This document shows, piece after piece, positions 48,923 to 58,846 of a stretch of 64,000 bases of DNA. The notes beneath the pieces are model-generated. The model was given only the letters and a program-made list of their open reading frames with translations, did no database searches and was not told the DNA's origin. Numbering within the stretch: the stretch's first letter is position 1; the number at the start of each line of letters is the position of its first letter. This DNA comes from Desulfosoma sp. (GTDB lineage Bacteria > Desulfobacterota > Syntrophobacteria > Syntrophobacterales > DSM-9756): NCBI GenBank assembly GCA_037481835.1, contig JBBFKW010000003.1, positions 128,001-192,000 on the forward strand. The letters are read 5' to 3'. Position numbers and translations under genes: made by a program.

Positions 48923-49984
48923 TCATGGAGGGGGCGGCCCGGCGGAGCGAGGGCCGTAGTAGGTGCGGTACCAGGCGACGAAGCGGCGGATGCCTTCGCG
49001 GATGGGCGTGGCGGGCCTAAAGCCGAAATCCCGCGCCAGGTCGTCGATATCCGCGGCCGTTGCAGGCACGTCCCCGGGCTGGATGGGCAGGAATTCCTTC
49101 CGGGCTTCCATGCCCAGGCATTCTTCCAGGGCTTGGATGAATTCCATGAGTTCCACGGGATGATTGTTCCCGATGTTGTAGATCCGATAGGGGGCGGCGC
49201 TGGTTCCCGGATCGGGGGCGTCGCCGGACCAGGCCGGGTCGGGTTCCGGAGCCTTTTCCATGACGCGCACCACCCCTTCGATGATGTCGTCGATATAGGT
49301 GAAATCCCGCCGCATCTTGCCGTAGTTGAACACTTTGATGGGTTCACCGTTGAGGATCGCCCGGGTGAAGAGAAAGAGCGCCATGTCGGGCCGACCCCAT
49401 GGGCCGTAGACGGTGAAAAACCGAAGGCCCGTGCAGGGAAGCCCGTAGAGGTGGGCGTAGGTGTGGGCCATGAGCTCGTTGGCCTTCTTCGTCGCCGCAT
49501 AGAGGGAGACGGGGTGGTCCACGTTGTGGTGCACGGAAAAGGGCATGCGCGTGTTGGCGCCGTAGACGGAACTCGATGAGGCGAAAACCAGGTGGCGCAC
49601 GCCGTGGTGGCGGCATCCTTCCAGGATGTTCATGAACCCCATGAGGTTGCTGTCCACGTAGGCGTAGGGGTTCACGAGGGAGTAGCGGACGCCGGCCTGG
49701 GCCGCAAGATGGACCACGACCCGAAAGGCGTACCGGGCGAAGACGGCTTCCATGGCCGGGCGGTCCGCAAGGTCGATGCGGTGGAAGGAAAACCCGGCGT
49801 GTTCTTCGAGGAGCTTGAGCCGGTCCCACTTGATGCGCACATCGTAGTAGTCGTTCACATTGTCCAGGCCCACCACGGCGTAGCCGTCGGCAAGGAGCCG
49901 TCGCGCGAGGTGGAAGCCGATGAAGCCGGCCGCTCCCGTAACGAGCACGGGAACGGAGGGATCCAGCAGGGGATGGGGGGCCAT
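48923..49984 (-). CDS. NAD-dependent epimerase (UDP-glucuronate 4-epimerase type)
   Basis: [32 protein letters not shown]. Confidence 0.95.
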   Translation of the reverse strand: MAPHPLLDPSVPVLVTGAAGFIGFHLARRLLADGYAVVGLDNVNDYYDVRIKWDRLKLLEEHAGFSFHRIDLADRPAMEAVFARYAFRVVVHLAAQAGVRYSLVNPYAYVDSNLMGFMNILEGCRHHGVRHLVFASSSSVYGANTRMPFSVHHNVDHPVSLYAATKKANELMAHTYAHLYGLPCTGLRFFTVYGPWGRPDMALFLFTRAILNGEPIKVFNYGKMRRDFTYIDDIIEGVVRVMEKAPEPDPAWSGDAPDPGTSAAPYRIYNIGNNHPVELMEFIQALEECLGMEARKEFLPIQPGDVPATAADIDDLARDFGFRPATPIREGIRRFVAWYRTYYGPRSAGPPPP

Positions 49985-49990
49985 GGCCGA

Positions 49991-50455
49991 TCAATCCTTC
50001 CTTTTGAGGCGCACGGTGAGCACGGAACAGGGGGCTTTGCGCACGACACGGTCGGCGGTGCTGCCGAACAAGACATGGGCGATGCCGGTCAGGCCCTGGG
50101 ATCCCATGACCACCAAATCCACGGCCCGGTCTTCGACGAACCGGACGATTTCCGTCGCCGGATACCCGGAAAGGATATGGATTTCATAGGGCTGCTTTTC
50201 CCGAAGCTGGCTCACGTACCGTTCTTGGATGGCCGCCTTGGCCCCTTCGGTGGCCCGTTCCACGAAATGGACGTCCATTTCGAGGGGGACGTAGATTTCC
50301 CGGATGGGCGCCGTGGAAAAGGTGACGAGCACGTGCACCAGGTGGAGGGTCGCTCCGTAGCGCCAGGCCAGGTCTTTGGCCGCGATGAAGGCTTCGTCGG
50401 CGTTGTCGCTGAAATCCGTGCAAAAGGCGATGGTCTTGTAGAGGTTTTCGCTCAT
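49991..50455 (-). CDS. Universal stress protein
   Basis: TDFS..., VVMGSQG...GSTADRVVRKAPCSVL. Confidence 0.93.
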   Translation of the reverse strand: MSENLYKTIAFCTDFSDNADEAFIAAKDLAWRYGATLHLVHVLVTFSTAPIREIYVPLEMDVHFVERATEGAKAAIQERYVSQLREKQPYEIHILSGYPATEIVRFVEDRAVDLVVMGSQGLTGIAHVLFGSTADRVVRKAPCSVLTVRLKRKD

Positions 50456-50502
50456 GGTCGCTCTCCTGTGCCAAAGGCTGAAAAAGGGGGAGGGTTTCGG
50501 GG

Positions 50503-50991
50503 TCAGGCGTCCACGATCCACACCGTGACGCCGCGTGCGAGGCCGATGACGGACTTGGACACGCTGCCCAGAAAGAATTCCTTGACGCGGCTCAGTCCCC
50601 GCCGTCCCAGGACCACCGTGGAACAGCGCAGAGCCTTGGCCCTTTCCATGATGATGTAGGCGATTTCCTGACCTTCCACGCCGAAATCTTCGAGGATCCG
50701 CGATTCCTCCACACCGCCTTCCCGCAGGATGTCCCGGGCGACGGCGAAGGTGCGCCGCATCTTGTCTTCATCTTCCGGGTTCCAAAAATAGCCGCTCACG
50801 TGGGGATGGGTTTCGTGGATGGCTTCGATGCGGCGGATGACGTCCTTGGAGAGCAAATTGGGGGAGGCGGGCGGCAGGACGTGAAAGAGGATGAACTCCA
50901 CATGGTCGGCCCCTTTAAGCATCCGGGTGAGGTACTGGACGGCTTTGAGGGATCCCGGCCGGTCGTCCATGGCGATGAGCACGCGTTCCAT
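50503..50991 (-). CDS. Universal stress protein
   Basis: VLIAMD..., VLGRRGLS...GSVSKSV. Confidence 0.9.
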   Translation of the reverse strand: MERVLIAMDDRPGSLKAVQYLTRMLKGADHVEFILFHVLPPASPNLLSKDVIRRIEAIHETHPHVSGYFWNPEDEDKMRRTFAVARDILREGGVEESRILEDFGVEGQEIAYIIMERAKALRCSTVVLGRRGLSRVKEFFLGSVSKSVIGLARGVTVWIVDA

Positions 50992-51119
50992 GGGGGGGCT
51001 CCTTTGAAAGGCTGAAGATCCTTAATGATCTTGGCGAGGGAATCGCCCGCCGCGACGCTTTTCCATTCCCACGCGCTCCATATACACCCATGGGCAGCCC
51101 GCTTGCAAGGCACCTTGGC

Positions 51120-51148
51120 TTGACATTGCAGGGGGGCGCCGATAGGAT
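51120..51148 (+). promoter_or_regulatory. Sigma70-like promoter for the small-protein/hflKC unit
   Basis: TTGACA-17nt-TAGGAT. Confidence 0.6.
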
Positions 51149-51232
51149 TTGGCGGTCGCCGGCGGGCCGGGGGTCAGGGACGGCGGCGCTTTCTCCATGG
51201 AGCCCGGGGCAAAGGGTGGAAAGGGAAGGGGT

Positions 51233-51400
51233 GTGCGCTGGAGGGTTCTGGCCGTTCGATCGGTCCTCGGTGTTTTTTTCGCCGTCTTTCTTGGTCGGTT
51301 TTTCTTTCCGGAGGCGCCGGGCGGAAAAATCCTCGTCTTGGCGCTCCTGCTCGTCTTTTCCGCGTACCTTTTGGAAGCGCTTCGGTCCAAGGGACAATGA
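51233..51400 (+). CDS. Small two-TM membrane protein
   Basis: GTG start; 55 aa with two hydrophobic helices separated by PEAPGG. Confidence 0.6.
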   Translation: MRWRVLAVRSVLGVFFAVFLGRFFFPEAPGGKILVLALLLVFSAYLLEALRSKGQ

Positions 51401-51490
51401 CCCTGCGGTGCGCTCGGGTTCGAGTCGGCCGGTGCAGAGCAGGCCGCCCCGTTTTTCGGCGGCCCGCCGGGGTGTGTCAAGGAGGTTTTC

Positions 51491-52561
51491 ATGGACTGGG
51501 AAAGGCCCCCGCGTCGGGGACAGGGTCCGGGCGTTCCGCCCGACTTGGAAGATGTCATTAACCGGTTGCGGCAGCGGTTCCAATTTCCCGCGTTCAGAGG
51601 CGGTGCCTTCTGGGGGGTGGCGGCCGTGGTGGTGCTCATCGTTTTGGCCGCCAACGCCTACTATACGGTGGAACCTCAGGAGACGGCCGTGGTCCAGCGC
51701 TTCGGCCGGTTCGTGCGCACGGAAGGCCCGGGCCTCCATTTCAAGATCCCCTTCGGCGTGGAAACCGTCACCAAGGTCCTCACCGGCCGGGTGCTCCAGC
51801 GCGAGTACGGCTACCGGACCGTAACGCCGGGCGTGCGCAGCCGCTTCGCCGAAAAGGGCTTCGAGGATGAATCCCGCATGCTCAGCGGCGACCTCAATGT
51901 CATCGACCTCCAGTGGACCGTCCAGTACAAGATCCAGGACCCCATGGAGTACCTCTTTCGGCTCTACGATGTGGAAAGCACGCTGGACGACATTTCCGAA
52001 TCGGTCATGCGCCGCATCGTGGGCAACCGCTACGCCGACGAGGTCCTGACCGTGGGGCGCGGTTCCGTCGCCGAATTGGCCCGCAAGGAAATCCAGGAAA
52101 TCATGAACACGTACCACACGGGCCTCCAGATCGTGACGGTGAAGCTCCAAAACGCCAACCCGCCCGATCCCGTCAAGGCCGCCTTCAACGAAGTGAACGA
52201 AGCGCGCCAAGAAAAGGAGCGCATGATCAACGAAGCCCAGCAGGTCTACAACGAACGCATCCCCAAGGCTCGAGGCCAGGCCCGCCAGACCATCACCCAG
52301 GCGGAAGGCTACGCGACGGAACGGATCAACCGCGCCGAAGGGGAAACGGCCCGATTCCGAAACATCATCGAAGAATACGAGAAGGCTCCCGAGGTCACGC
52401 GCCGGCGCATGTACCTGGAAGCCATGACCACCTTTCTGGGAAAGGAAGGAAACGTCTTGGTGCTGGACTCCGATTCCGCGGGCGTTCTTCCCCTGCTGGA
52501 CCTGAATGAGGTCGTCGGTCAATGGGCCGAAGCGGGCCCCGCGGCCCAAAAGAAGGAGTAG
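51491..52561 (+). CDS. hflK: FtsH modulator HflK
   Basis: PPDLE N-terminus, TM, SPFH domain, APEVTRRRMYLE. Confidence 0.95.
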   Translation: MDWERPPRRGQGPGVPPDLEDVINRLRQRFQFPAFRGGAFWGVAAVVVLIVLAANAYYTVEPQETAVVQRFGRFVRTEGPGLHFKIPFGVETVTKVLTGRVLQREYGYRTVTPGVRSRFAEKGFEDESRMLSGDLNVIDLQWTVQYKIQDPMEYLFRLYDVESTLDDISESVMRRIVGNRYADEVLTVGRGSVAELARKEIQEIMNTYHTGLQIVTVKLQNANPPDPVKAAFNEVNEARQEKERMINEAQQVYNERIPKARGQARQTITQAEGYATERINRAEGETARFRNIIEEYEKAPEVTRRRMYLEAMTTFLGKEGNVLVLDSDSAGVLPLLDLNEVVGQWAEAGPAAQKKE

Positions 52562-52566
52562 CCGCC

Positions 52567-53562
52567 ATGCCGCAAAACCTTCGCACAGCGATCATCGCGC
52601 TCATCGTGCTGGGATTCCTGGCGGCCAGTTCCCTTTTCGTCGTGTCCGAAACGGAACAGGTGGTCATCACCCAGCTGGGCCGCCCCGTCGGGAAGCCCAT
52701 CACCGAGGCCGGGCTGCATTTCAAGATTCCCGTCATTCAAAAGGCCAACTTTTTCGAAAAGAGGGTCCTCAAGTGGGACGGCAGCCCCAACCAGATCCCC
52801 ACCCGGGACAAGAAATACATCTGGGTGGACACCACCGCCCGGTGGCGCATCAAGGATCCGCTGCTGTTCCTCCAGCGGGTGGGGTCGGTGAGCACGGCCA
52901 TGAGCCGCCTGGACGGCATCATTGATTCGGTGGTGCGCGACCATGTGTCCAACAACAATTTGGTGGAACTGGTGCGCAGCGAAGGCTGGGAACACGCCCG
53001 AGAAATCCTCATGGAAGCCGGGCTGGGGGACTACCAGCTCATGGCGGGAGACGAAGGGGAAGGGGATTCGGAAGCGTCCGCACCCCTTGCCAAGGGACGG
53101 GAAAAGATCACGCGGGATATGGTGGCCGATGCGTCGCGGTTGCTTCCCGAATTCGGGATCGAGCTCCTCGATATCCGCATCAAGCGCATCAACTACGTGC
53201 AGACCGTGCAGCAGCGCGTCTTCGAACGGATGATTTCGGAACGCAAACGCATCGCCGCCCAGTACCGTTCCGAAGGGGAAGGGGAACGCGCCGCCATCCT
53301 CGGCCAGATGGAGAGGGATCTGGCCAGGATCCAATCGGAAGCGTACCGAACGGCGGAAGAAATCCGCGGGAAGGCGGACGCCCAGGCCACCCGCATTTAT
53401 GCGGAAGCTTTCGGCCGGGATCCGGAATTTTACCAATTTTACCAAACGCTCGATTTCTACAAGAGCTTCAACAATCCCCGGGGGCTTTTCGTTCTGGGAA
53501 CGGATGCCGAACTGTTCCGGTACCTCAAGGACCGGGACCCCGAAGGTGTTGAAGGGCCTTGA
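52567..53562 (+). CDS. hflC: FtsH modulator HflC
   Basis: SPFH domain, RMISER, RSEGEG, DPEFYQF. Confidence 0.95.
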   Translation: MPQNLRTAIIALIVLGFLAASSLFVVSETEQVVITQLGRPVGKPITEAGLHFKIPVIQKANFFEKRVLKWDGSPNQIPTRDKKYIWVDTTARWRIKDPLLFLQRVGSVSTAMSRLDGIIDSVVRDHVSNNNLVELVRSEGWEHAREILMEAGLGDYQLMAGDEGEGDSEASAPLAKGREKITRDMVADASRLLPEFGIELLDIRIKRINYVQTVQQRVFERMISERKRIAAQYRSEGEGERAAILGQMERDLARIQSEAYRTAEEIRGKADAQATRIYAEAFGRDPEFYQFYQTLDFYKSFNNPRGLFVLGTDAELFRYLKDRDPEGVEGP

Positions 53563-53623
53563 GCCCGGGGACGGAAGGCGGGGCGGCGCAGAAAGGGAAA
53601 CAGCCGATGAATCGGAGTGCGGG

Positions 53624-54841
53624 ATGATTGCCGTGGAAGAAAATCCTCAGAATGTGCAGCAGGCGGACATCGTGGTCGCCATTCCCACGTTCAACGAGGC
53701 GGCCTTCATCGGCCGGGCGGTGGAAATCGTGGGGCGGGGCCTTCGGGAACACTACCCGGATCGTTCTTCGGTCATCATCAACTGCGACAACCATTCCGTG
53801 GACGGCACGCGGGAGGCCTTCTTTCAGGCGCCCGTCGAGGTGCCCCGGCTGTACCTTTCGACGGAACCCAACCGGCGCGGCAAGGGCGCCAACCTGCGCA
53901 TGCTCCTGGAAAAACTCACGGCCCTCAACCCCCACGCCGTCCTCATCCTCGAAGCGGACATCACCAACATGGCGCCGGTGTGGGTGCGGCTGTTCCTCGA
54001 ACCCGTGTTTCGAGGGGCGGCCTACGTGACACCGCTCTACGTGCGCCACAAGTACGAAAGCACTTTGACGTCGACCGTCGTCTACCCCATGCTGCGATGC
54101 CTCTACGGGCGTCGAGTGCGCCAGCCCGATGCGGGCGACTGCGCTTTTCGAGGCGACTTGGTCGGCGCGTTTTTGAACGCGCCCGCCTGGTCCGAAGCCG
54201 TGGACGGCACGGGAATCGACGTGTGGATGGGCACCGTGGCCCTCACGTGCCGGGTTCCCGTCTGGCAAAGCCTCATCGGTTCCCCCAAGAGACACCGGGC
54301 CAAGGACCCCTTTGCCCATCTGGCCGCCCGCTTTCGAAACATCCTCACGGCCATGTTCGACCAGATGGCGGCCTACGCCCACTTGTGGACACGGGTCAAA
54401 TGGAGCAAGCCCACGGCGCTGTTCAACCTGGACGGCCACGAGATGGACAACCCGCCCCTGGTGGAAATCAACGCCGCGCGGCTGCACCAGCGTTTCTTGG
54501 AAGGCTTTCCGGAAAACGAAAGCCTGTGGCGCCAGGTGTTCGACCCGGCGGTCATGAACAAGCTGGACGAAATCCGGCGCATGCCTTACGAGCAGTTCAC
54601 CTTCCCGAGCCAGACGTGGGCGGCGGTCTTGTTTGATGCGGCCTGCGCTTACCAGCGCCTGGAAAACCAAGAGCGCCCCAGGCTCTTGGATTCCCTCATT
54701 CCGCTTTACCTGGGCAAGGTGGTGGCCTTCGTCAAACGCACGGAACGCATGTCCGTTCAGCAGGCGGAAGATCACGTGGAAGAAACCTGCGCCATCTTCG
54801 AAGAGTACAAACCCTATCTGGTGGATCGATGGCCTTCATGA
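53624..54841 (+). CDS. GT2 glycosyltransferase, glucosylglycerate/mannosylglycerate synthase-like
   Basis: IPTFNEA, DNHSVDGT, GKG, EADI, YVRHKYE, RQP, GIDVW. Confidence 0.75.
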   Translation: MIAVEENPQNVQQADIVVAIPTFNEAAFIGRAVEIVGRGLREHYPDRSSVIINCDNHSVDGTREAFFQAPVEVPRLYLSTEPNRRGKGANLRMLLEKLTALNPHAVLILEADITNMAPVWVRLFLEPVFRGAAYVTPLYVRHKYESTLTSTVVYPMLRCLYGRRVRQPDAGDCAFRGDLVGAFLNAPAWSEAVDGTGIDVWMGTVALTCRVPVWQSLIGSPKRHRAKDPFAHLAARFRNILTAMFDQMAAYAHLWTRVKWSKPTALFNLDGHEMDNPPLVEINAARLHQRFLEGFPENESLWRQVFDPAVMNKLDEIRRMPYEQFTFPSQTWAAVLFDAACAYQRLENQERPRLLDSLIPLYLGKVVAFVKRTERMSVQQAEDHVEETCAIFEEYKPYLVDRWPS

Positions 54842-54892
54842 AAAGGGGCGCGCGCATTGGACGGCGCCTCCGCGTGCGGCAGGAGGGACCCT

Positions 54893-55258
54893 ATGGCGAA
54901 GATTTTGGTCGTGGACGATGAAGAACACATCCGGCTGCTCTACTCGGAAGAACTCCGGGACGCGGGATACGAAGTCATTACGGCGGAAAGCGGCCACAAG
55001 CTCTTGGAACGCATCGAAGAAGAAAAACCGGATTTGGTCATCTTGGACATCAAGATGGTGGACTACGACGGGCTGGACCTCCTCCAGGACATCCGCAGCC
55101 GGTTTTACGATTTGCCGGTCATCCTTTCCACCGCCTACGACACGTTCAAGGAAGATTCCAAGTCCATCGCCGCGGACTATTACGTCGTGAAAAGCTTCGA
55201 TTTGACGGAGCTCAAAAAAAAGATCGCCATGGCTTTGGAAACCCACCTGCCGGGCTGA
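54893..55258 (+). CDS. Single-domain response regulator
   Basis: VVDDE, LDIKM, conserved Lys. Confidence 0.92.
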   Translation: MAKILVVDDEEHIRLLYSEELRDAGYEVITAESGHKLLERIEEEKPDLVILDIKMVDYDGLDLLQDIRSRFYDLPVILSTAYDTFKEDSKSIAADYYVVKSFDLTELKKKIAMALETHLPG

Positions 55259-55277
55259 ACCGGCCCTCCTCCTGCGG

Positions 55278-56354
55278 CTACTGGGGGGCGCGGACCCAAA
55301 GGGCCGCGCCGACGGCGGCGAAAAGAACGTTGGGAGCCCAGACCCCTACGGCGACGGGAAGCATTTCGGAGCGGGCGAAAGAGGCGCCCGTTTGAAAAAG
55401 CACCAGGTAAAGGAATGTGAGGCCCAAGCCCATGGTGATGCCGAGGGCGATCCCGCTCCGGTGTCCCAGGTGGAGGCTCAGGCTCACGCCGATGATCCCC
55501 AGGATGACGGCGGCGAAGGCCGTGGCGACCCGGGTGTGGAGTTCCACCCGGTAGGGGACGGCGTTGTAGCCTTCATCCCCAAGTTTTCTCGCGTAGACGT
55601 AAAGATCGTCCCACCGGAGATCTTCCGGTAGCGTTGCCGCCACGGCAAGGTCTTTGGGTTCCAACCTCAAGGGCACATCCATGGCTTGGAAGCTGCGATG
55701 CCGTGCCGTGCCCCCTTCCCATTCCAGGACGGTTCCCTTTTCCGCCCGCCATCCCGATCCGCTCCATAGCACGCGCTGCGCGTCCAGGCGGCGGCGCAAA
55801 CGAAAGTTATCATCCAGGGAATACAGCGAAACCCCCTGAAAAACCCGGGCTCTGGCATCATAGGTCCGGGCCTGCAGGAAAAAGTCGTCGCCCCGGTACC
55901 AGACGTTTTCCTGGACGAAACCCAGCGCGGTCCCTTTCTTGTCGATCTTTTCACGCCAGAGGGTTTCGGCCTGATGGCTCAGGGACCGTCCCAGGGTTTC
56001 CCCCGCTGCGAAGGTCACCAGGGCGAGCCCCACGGAAGCGGCCAGCACCGGGCCGGCATAGACCCAGGCTCGAAGCCCCGCGGCGCGAAGGGCGATGATT
56101 TCCCGGTTTCGCTGAAGCAGCCCGAGTCCGATGAGGGAGGCGAGAAGGACGCCCATGGGGATGCCTTGGATGAGGATGGCGGGCACCTTGTAGGCGAAGT
56201 AGAGGACGGCGTCCGGGGCGGCCGCCTTTTTTTCGATGATGTCGTCCAGCCGTTCAAAAAAATCCACCACGAGGTAAATGCCGCCGAAGCCGAACAGGGC
56301 GAGCCCGAAAACGGCGGCGAAATGGCGCAGCACGTAGCGGGTGATGATCTTCAT
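55278..56354 (-). CDS. lptG: LPS export ABC permease LptG
   Basis: YjgP/YjgQ pattern: RYVL..., REIIALRAAG, WAPN. Confidence 0.88.
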   Translation of the reverse strand: MKIITRYVLRHFAAVFGLALFGFGGIYLVVDFFERLDDIIEKKAAAPDAVLYFAYKVPAILIQGIPMGVLLASLIGLGLLQRNREIIALRAAGLRAWVYAGPVLAASVGLALVTFAAGETLGRSLSHQAETLWREKIDKKGTALGFVQENVWYRGDDFFLQARTYDARARVFQGVSLYSLDDNFRLRRRLDAQRVLWSGSGWRAEKGTVLEWEGGTARHRSFQAMDVPLRLEPKDLAVAATLPEDLRWDDLYVYARKLGDEGYNAVPYRVELHTRVATAFAAVILGIIGVSLSLHLGHRSGIALGITMGLGLTFLYLVLFQTGASFARSEMLPVAVGVWAPNVLFAAVGAALWVRAPQ

Positions 56355-57439
56355 CGCCGATGCGCCTTTCCCCAGAGAAAGAGGGCCAGGGATCCGGTGG
56401 CTGCGTTGGGGAACCAGATGCCTGCGGCGGGCGGCACGAGTCCCTGTTCACCCAGCGCGTTTCCGGCGGAAAGGAGGATGTAGTAGGCGAGAAAGAGGGC
56501 GATGCCCAGGGTGATGCCGCCCATGCGCCGCCCCTGGGGAAAGAGGACGCCGAAGGGGGCGGCGGCCAGGCCCAAGACGAGGCAGGCGAAAGGCAGGGCC
56601 AATCGCTTGTGCCATTCCAGGGCGTAGCGCCGATCCTGGGTTTGGACCAAGGCGCGCTGCAATTCGTCCATGGTCATTTCCCCTTTTTTCCACACGGTTT
56701 CCGAATCCACCCCGAAAAGGGCGTCGATGGATAGAACGAGGTCGTAGGTCTGGAAGGTGATCGTCTGGCTCGTCTTGAGGTCCGATCCCATTCGCGAGAG
56801 CATGCCGTCCTGGACCTGGATGACCACTTCCTTGCCGTCGGCGCGTTCCCTGAGGGCGGCTCGGCGGGCTGTAATGGTCACGCGCGTTCGGGGGTCTCGG
56901 GCGTCGTGGATGAGCACCCCGCGGACGGTTTGTTCCTGAGCGTCCACGTGGTCGAAGAAGAAGACCATGTGCGGGACCGTGTCGATAAAGCGCCCTTCGC
57001 GCAGGAGGGCCGGGATGACGGCGCGGCCCAGGGACTTGAGGGTCGTCTTCAAGTGACGGTTTGCGGTTGGCAGGAGCCGGGTTGACGTGTAAAAGGACAA
57101 GGCGGTGAAGGCCAGGGCGAGGGTGAGCACGGCCGGGGCCATCTGTCGGAAGCCGATGCCGGCGCTGCGCATGGCGGTGATTTCGTTGTCGGCGTTGAGG
57201 CGCACGAAGGCGAGCACCGTCCCGATGAGACCGGCCATGGGCAAGGCGTACAAGACGAGTTTGGGCAGGGCCAGCCCCATGACCGTGACGACGACGGCCG
57301 GAGAGACCGAGGCGGCGGTGAGGTATTGGAGGAACTGCATGAGCCGGCCGGTAATGAGAATCATGAGCAGTCCGAAGAAGCACAGCGTCGCCGGCGTCAG
57401 CTGTTCCATCACAAGATACCGGTAAAGAATCCAGCCCAT
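56351..57439 (-). CDS. lptF: LPS export ABC permease LptF
   Basis: RLNADNEITAMRSAG, EWHKRLALPFAC, WFPN. Confidence 0.88.
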   Translation of the reverse strand: MGWILYRYLVMEQLTPATLCFFGLLMILITGRLMQFLQYLTAASVSPAVVVTVMGLALPKLVLYALPMAGLIGTVLAFVRLNADNEITAMRSAGIGFRQMAPAVLTLALAFTALSFYTSTRLLPTANRHLKTTLKSLGRAVIPALLREGRFIDTVPHMVFFFDHVDAQEQTVRGVLIHDARDPRTRVTITARRAALRERADGKEVVIQVQDGMLSRMGSDLKTSQTITFQTYDLVLSIDALFGVDSETVWKKGEMTMDELQRALVQTQDRRYALEWHKRLALPFACLVLGLAAAPFGVLFPQGRRMGGITLGIALFLAYYILLSAGNALGEQGLVPPAAGIWFPNAATGSLALFLWGKAHRR

Positions 57440-57500
57440 GGGCTTCCTCGGACGTTCGGCGAAAGGGCGCCTCCCCGATTTTCCGGGGGCGGCGTTTGCC

Positions 57501-57581
57501 TTGGGGTTCGCTGCGCTCACCCCTGCTTACGGGTTATGAGCTCCCCGAAAGGGAGTCGGGGTGAGCGAAGCGCCCCCCAAC
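57501..57581. repeat. Degenerate inverted REP pair with a central hairpin (REPIN-like)
   Basis: TTGGGGTTCGCTGCGCTCACCCC...CTCCCC-GAAA-GGGAG...GGGGTGAGCGAAGCGCCCCCCAAC. Confidence 0.8.
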
Positions 57582-57616
57582 ACCCGGCTCCTTACCGGAA
57601 GCCATCGAGGTGGTCA

Positions 57617-58696
57617 ATGCCCAAAGGGACGGACACAACACGTGCGGATTTTGCCACCGTGCGCCAATGGCTGGAAAACCGGGAAATTCACATGCTCGCC
57701 CCCCAGGCGCAAAAGAGCGTCGCCACCCGTGGGCGCCTCCATGCCAATGATCCCGAATGCCCGCTGCGCACGGCCTATCAGCGGGATCGGGACCGCATCG
57801 TCCATTCCAAGGCCTTCCGGCGGCTCAAGCACAAGACCCAGGTGTTCCTGTCCCCCACGGGCGACCACTACCGCACGCGCCTCACCCACACCCTGGAAGT
57901 CTCCCAAATCGCCCGCACCATCGGCCGGGCGCTCGCCCTGAACGAAGATCTCATCGAAGCCGTGGCTCTGGGCCATGACCTGGGCCACACGCCCTTCGGC
58001 CACGGCGGCGAACGGGTCTTGAACGAGATCCACCCGGGCGGGTTCCGCCATCATGAGCAGAGCCTGCGCGTGGTGGATTCCCTGGAAAAAGGAGGCCGCG
58101 GGCTCAACCTCACTTTCGAAGTTCGGGACGGTATCGTCAAGCATTCCAAGGGAAAGACCCATCCCATCCTGACGGAACCCGGCCGCAGGCCCGTGACGCT
58201 GGAAGGGCAGGTGGTTCGGGTCGCGGACATCGTGGCGTACCTCAACCACGACCTGGATGACGCCATGCGGGCCCATGTGCTGTCGGCCGACGAGCTTCCC
58301 TCATCTATCCGGGACCGCTTGGGGGACACCCATGCCCGCCGGATCCACACGCTGGTGGAAGACGTCATCACGGCAAGCCTGGAAGGCGGTCTGGAAGAGA
58401 TCCGCATGAGCGAGCCCATGCTGCGCCTGGTGGAAGAGCTCCGAGCCTTTCTCTTCGAAAGGGTCTACGAATTGGACACCATCCGCCGGGAATTCGAACG
58501 GGCCCGAAAGATCATCGAAGACCTCTACACCGTTCTCATCAAGGACAAGGACCTGTTCCGGAGTGAAGTGGGCCCCCGGGACCCGCGCCTGTCGCGAGCC
58601 CAGCAGGTCTGCGACCACATCGCCGGCATGACCGACCGGTACGCTCTGGATCTCTACAAGAAGATTTTCCTTCCGCGCCCGTGGATGCGCCTGTGA
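57617..58696 (+). CDS. dgt: dGTP triphosphohydrolase (HD domain)
   Basis: QRDRDRI, RRLKHKTQV, RTRLTHTLEV, HDLGHTPFGH, IAGMTDRYA. Confidence 0.95.
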   Translation: MPKGTDTTRADFATVRQWLENREIHMLAPQAQKSVATRGRLHANDPECPLRTAYQRDRDRIVHSKAFRRLKHKTQVFLSPTGDHYRTRLTHTLEVSQIARTIGRALALNEDLIEAVALGHDLGHTPFGHGGERVLNEIHPGGFRHHEQSLRVVDSLEKGGRGLNLTFEVRDGIVKHSKGKTHPILTEPGRRPVTLEGQVVRVADIVAYLNHDLDDAMRAHVLSADELPSSIRDRLGDTHARRIHTLVEDVITASLEGGLEEIRMSEPMLRLVEELRAFLFERVYELDTIRREFERARKIIEDLYTVLIKDKDLFRSEVGPRDPRLSRAQQVCDHIAGMTDRYALDLYKKIFLPRPWMRL

Positions 58697-58716
58697 CGGT
58701 AAGACCTTGGAATCGC

Positions 58717-58746
58717 TTGACACTGATTTTTCGGCCGTGCTAACGC
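58717..58746 (+). promoter_or_regulatory. Possible sigma70 promoter for the acidic-protein/valS unit
   Basis: TTGACA-18nt-TAACGC with an extended -10 TG. Confidence 0.45.
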
Positions 58747-58846
58747 TTCCGTGTTTTGAAAGGCCCCGCTGCGAGGAAGGGGGGCAAGCCGTGGTCAGGG
58801 CCGCACGCCCCTGTGGGGGCGCGCTCGGGCATGACAAGGAGATGCC

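Noticed and set aside
48636..48926. Small ORFs in the AT-richer gap downstream of the epimerase
   Set aside because: No RBS or recognisable motif; possibly a decayed fragment, but not supportable
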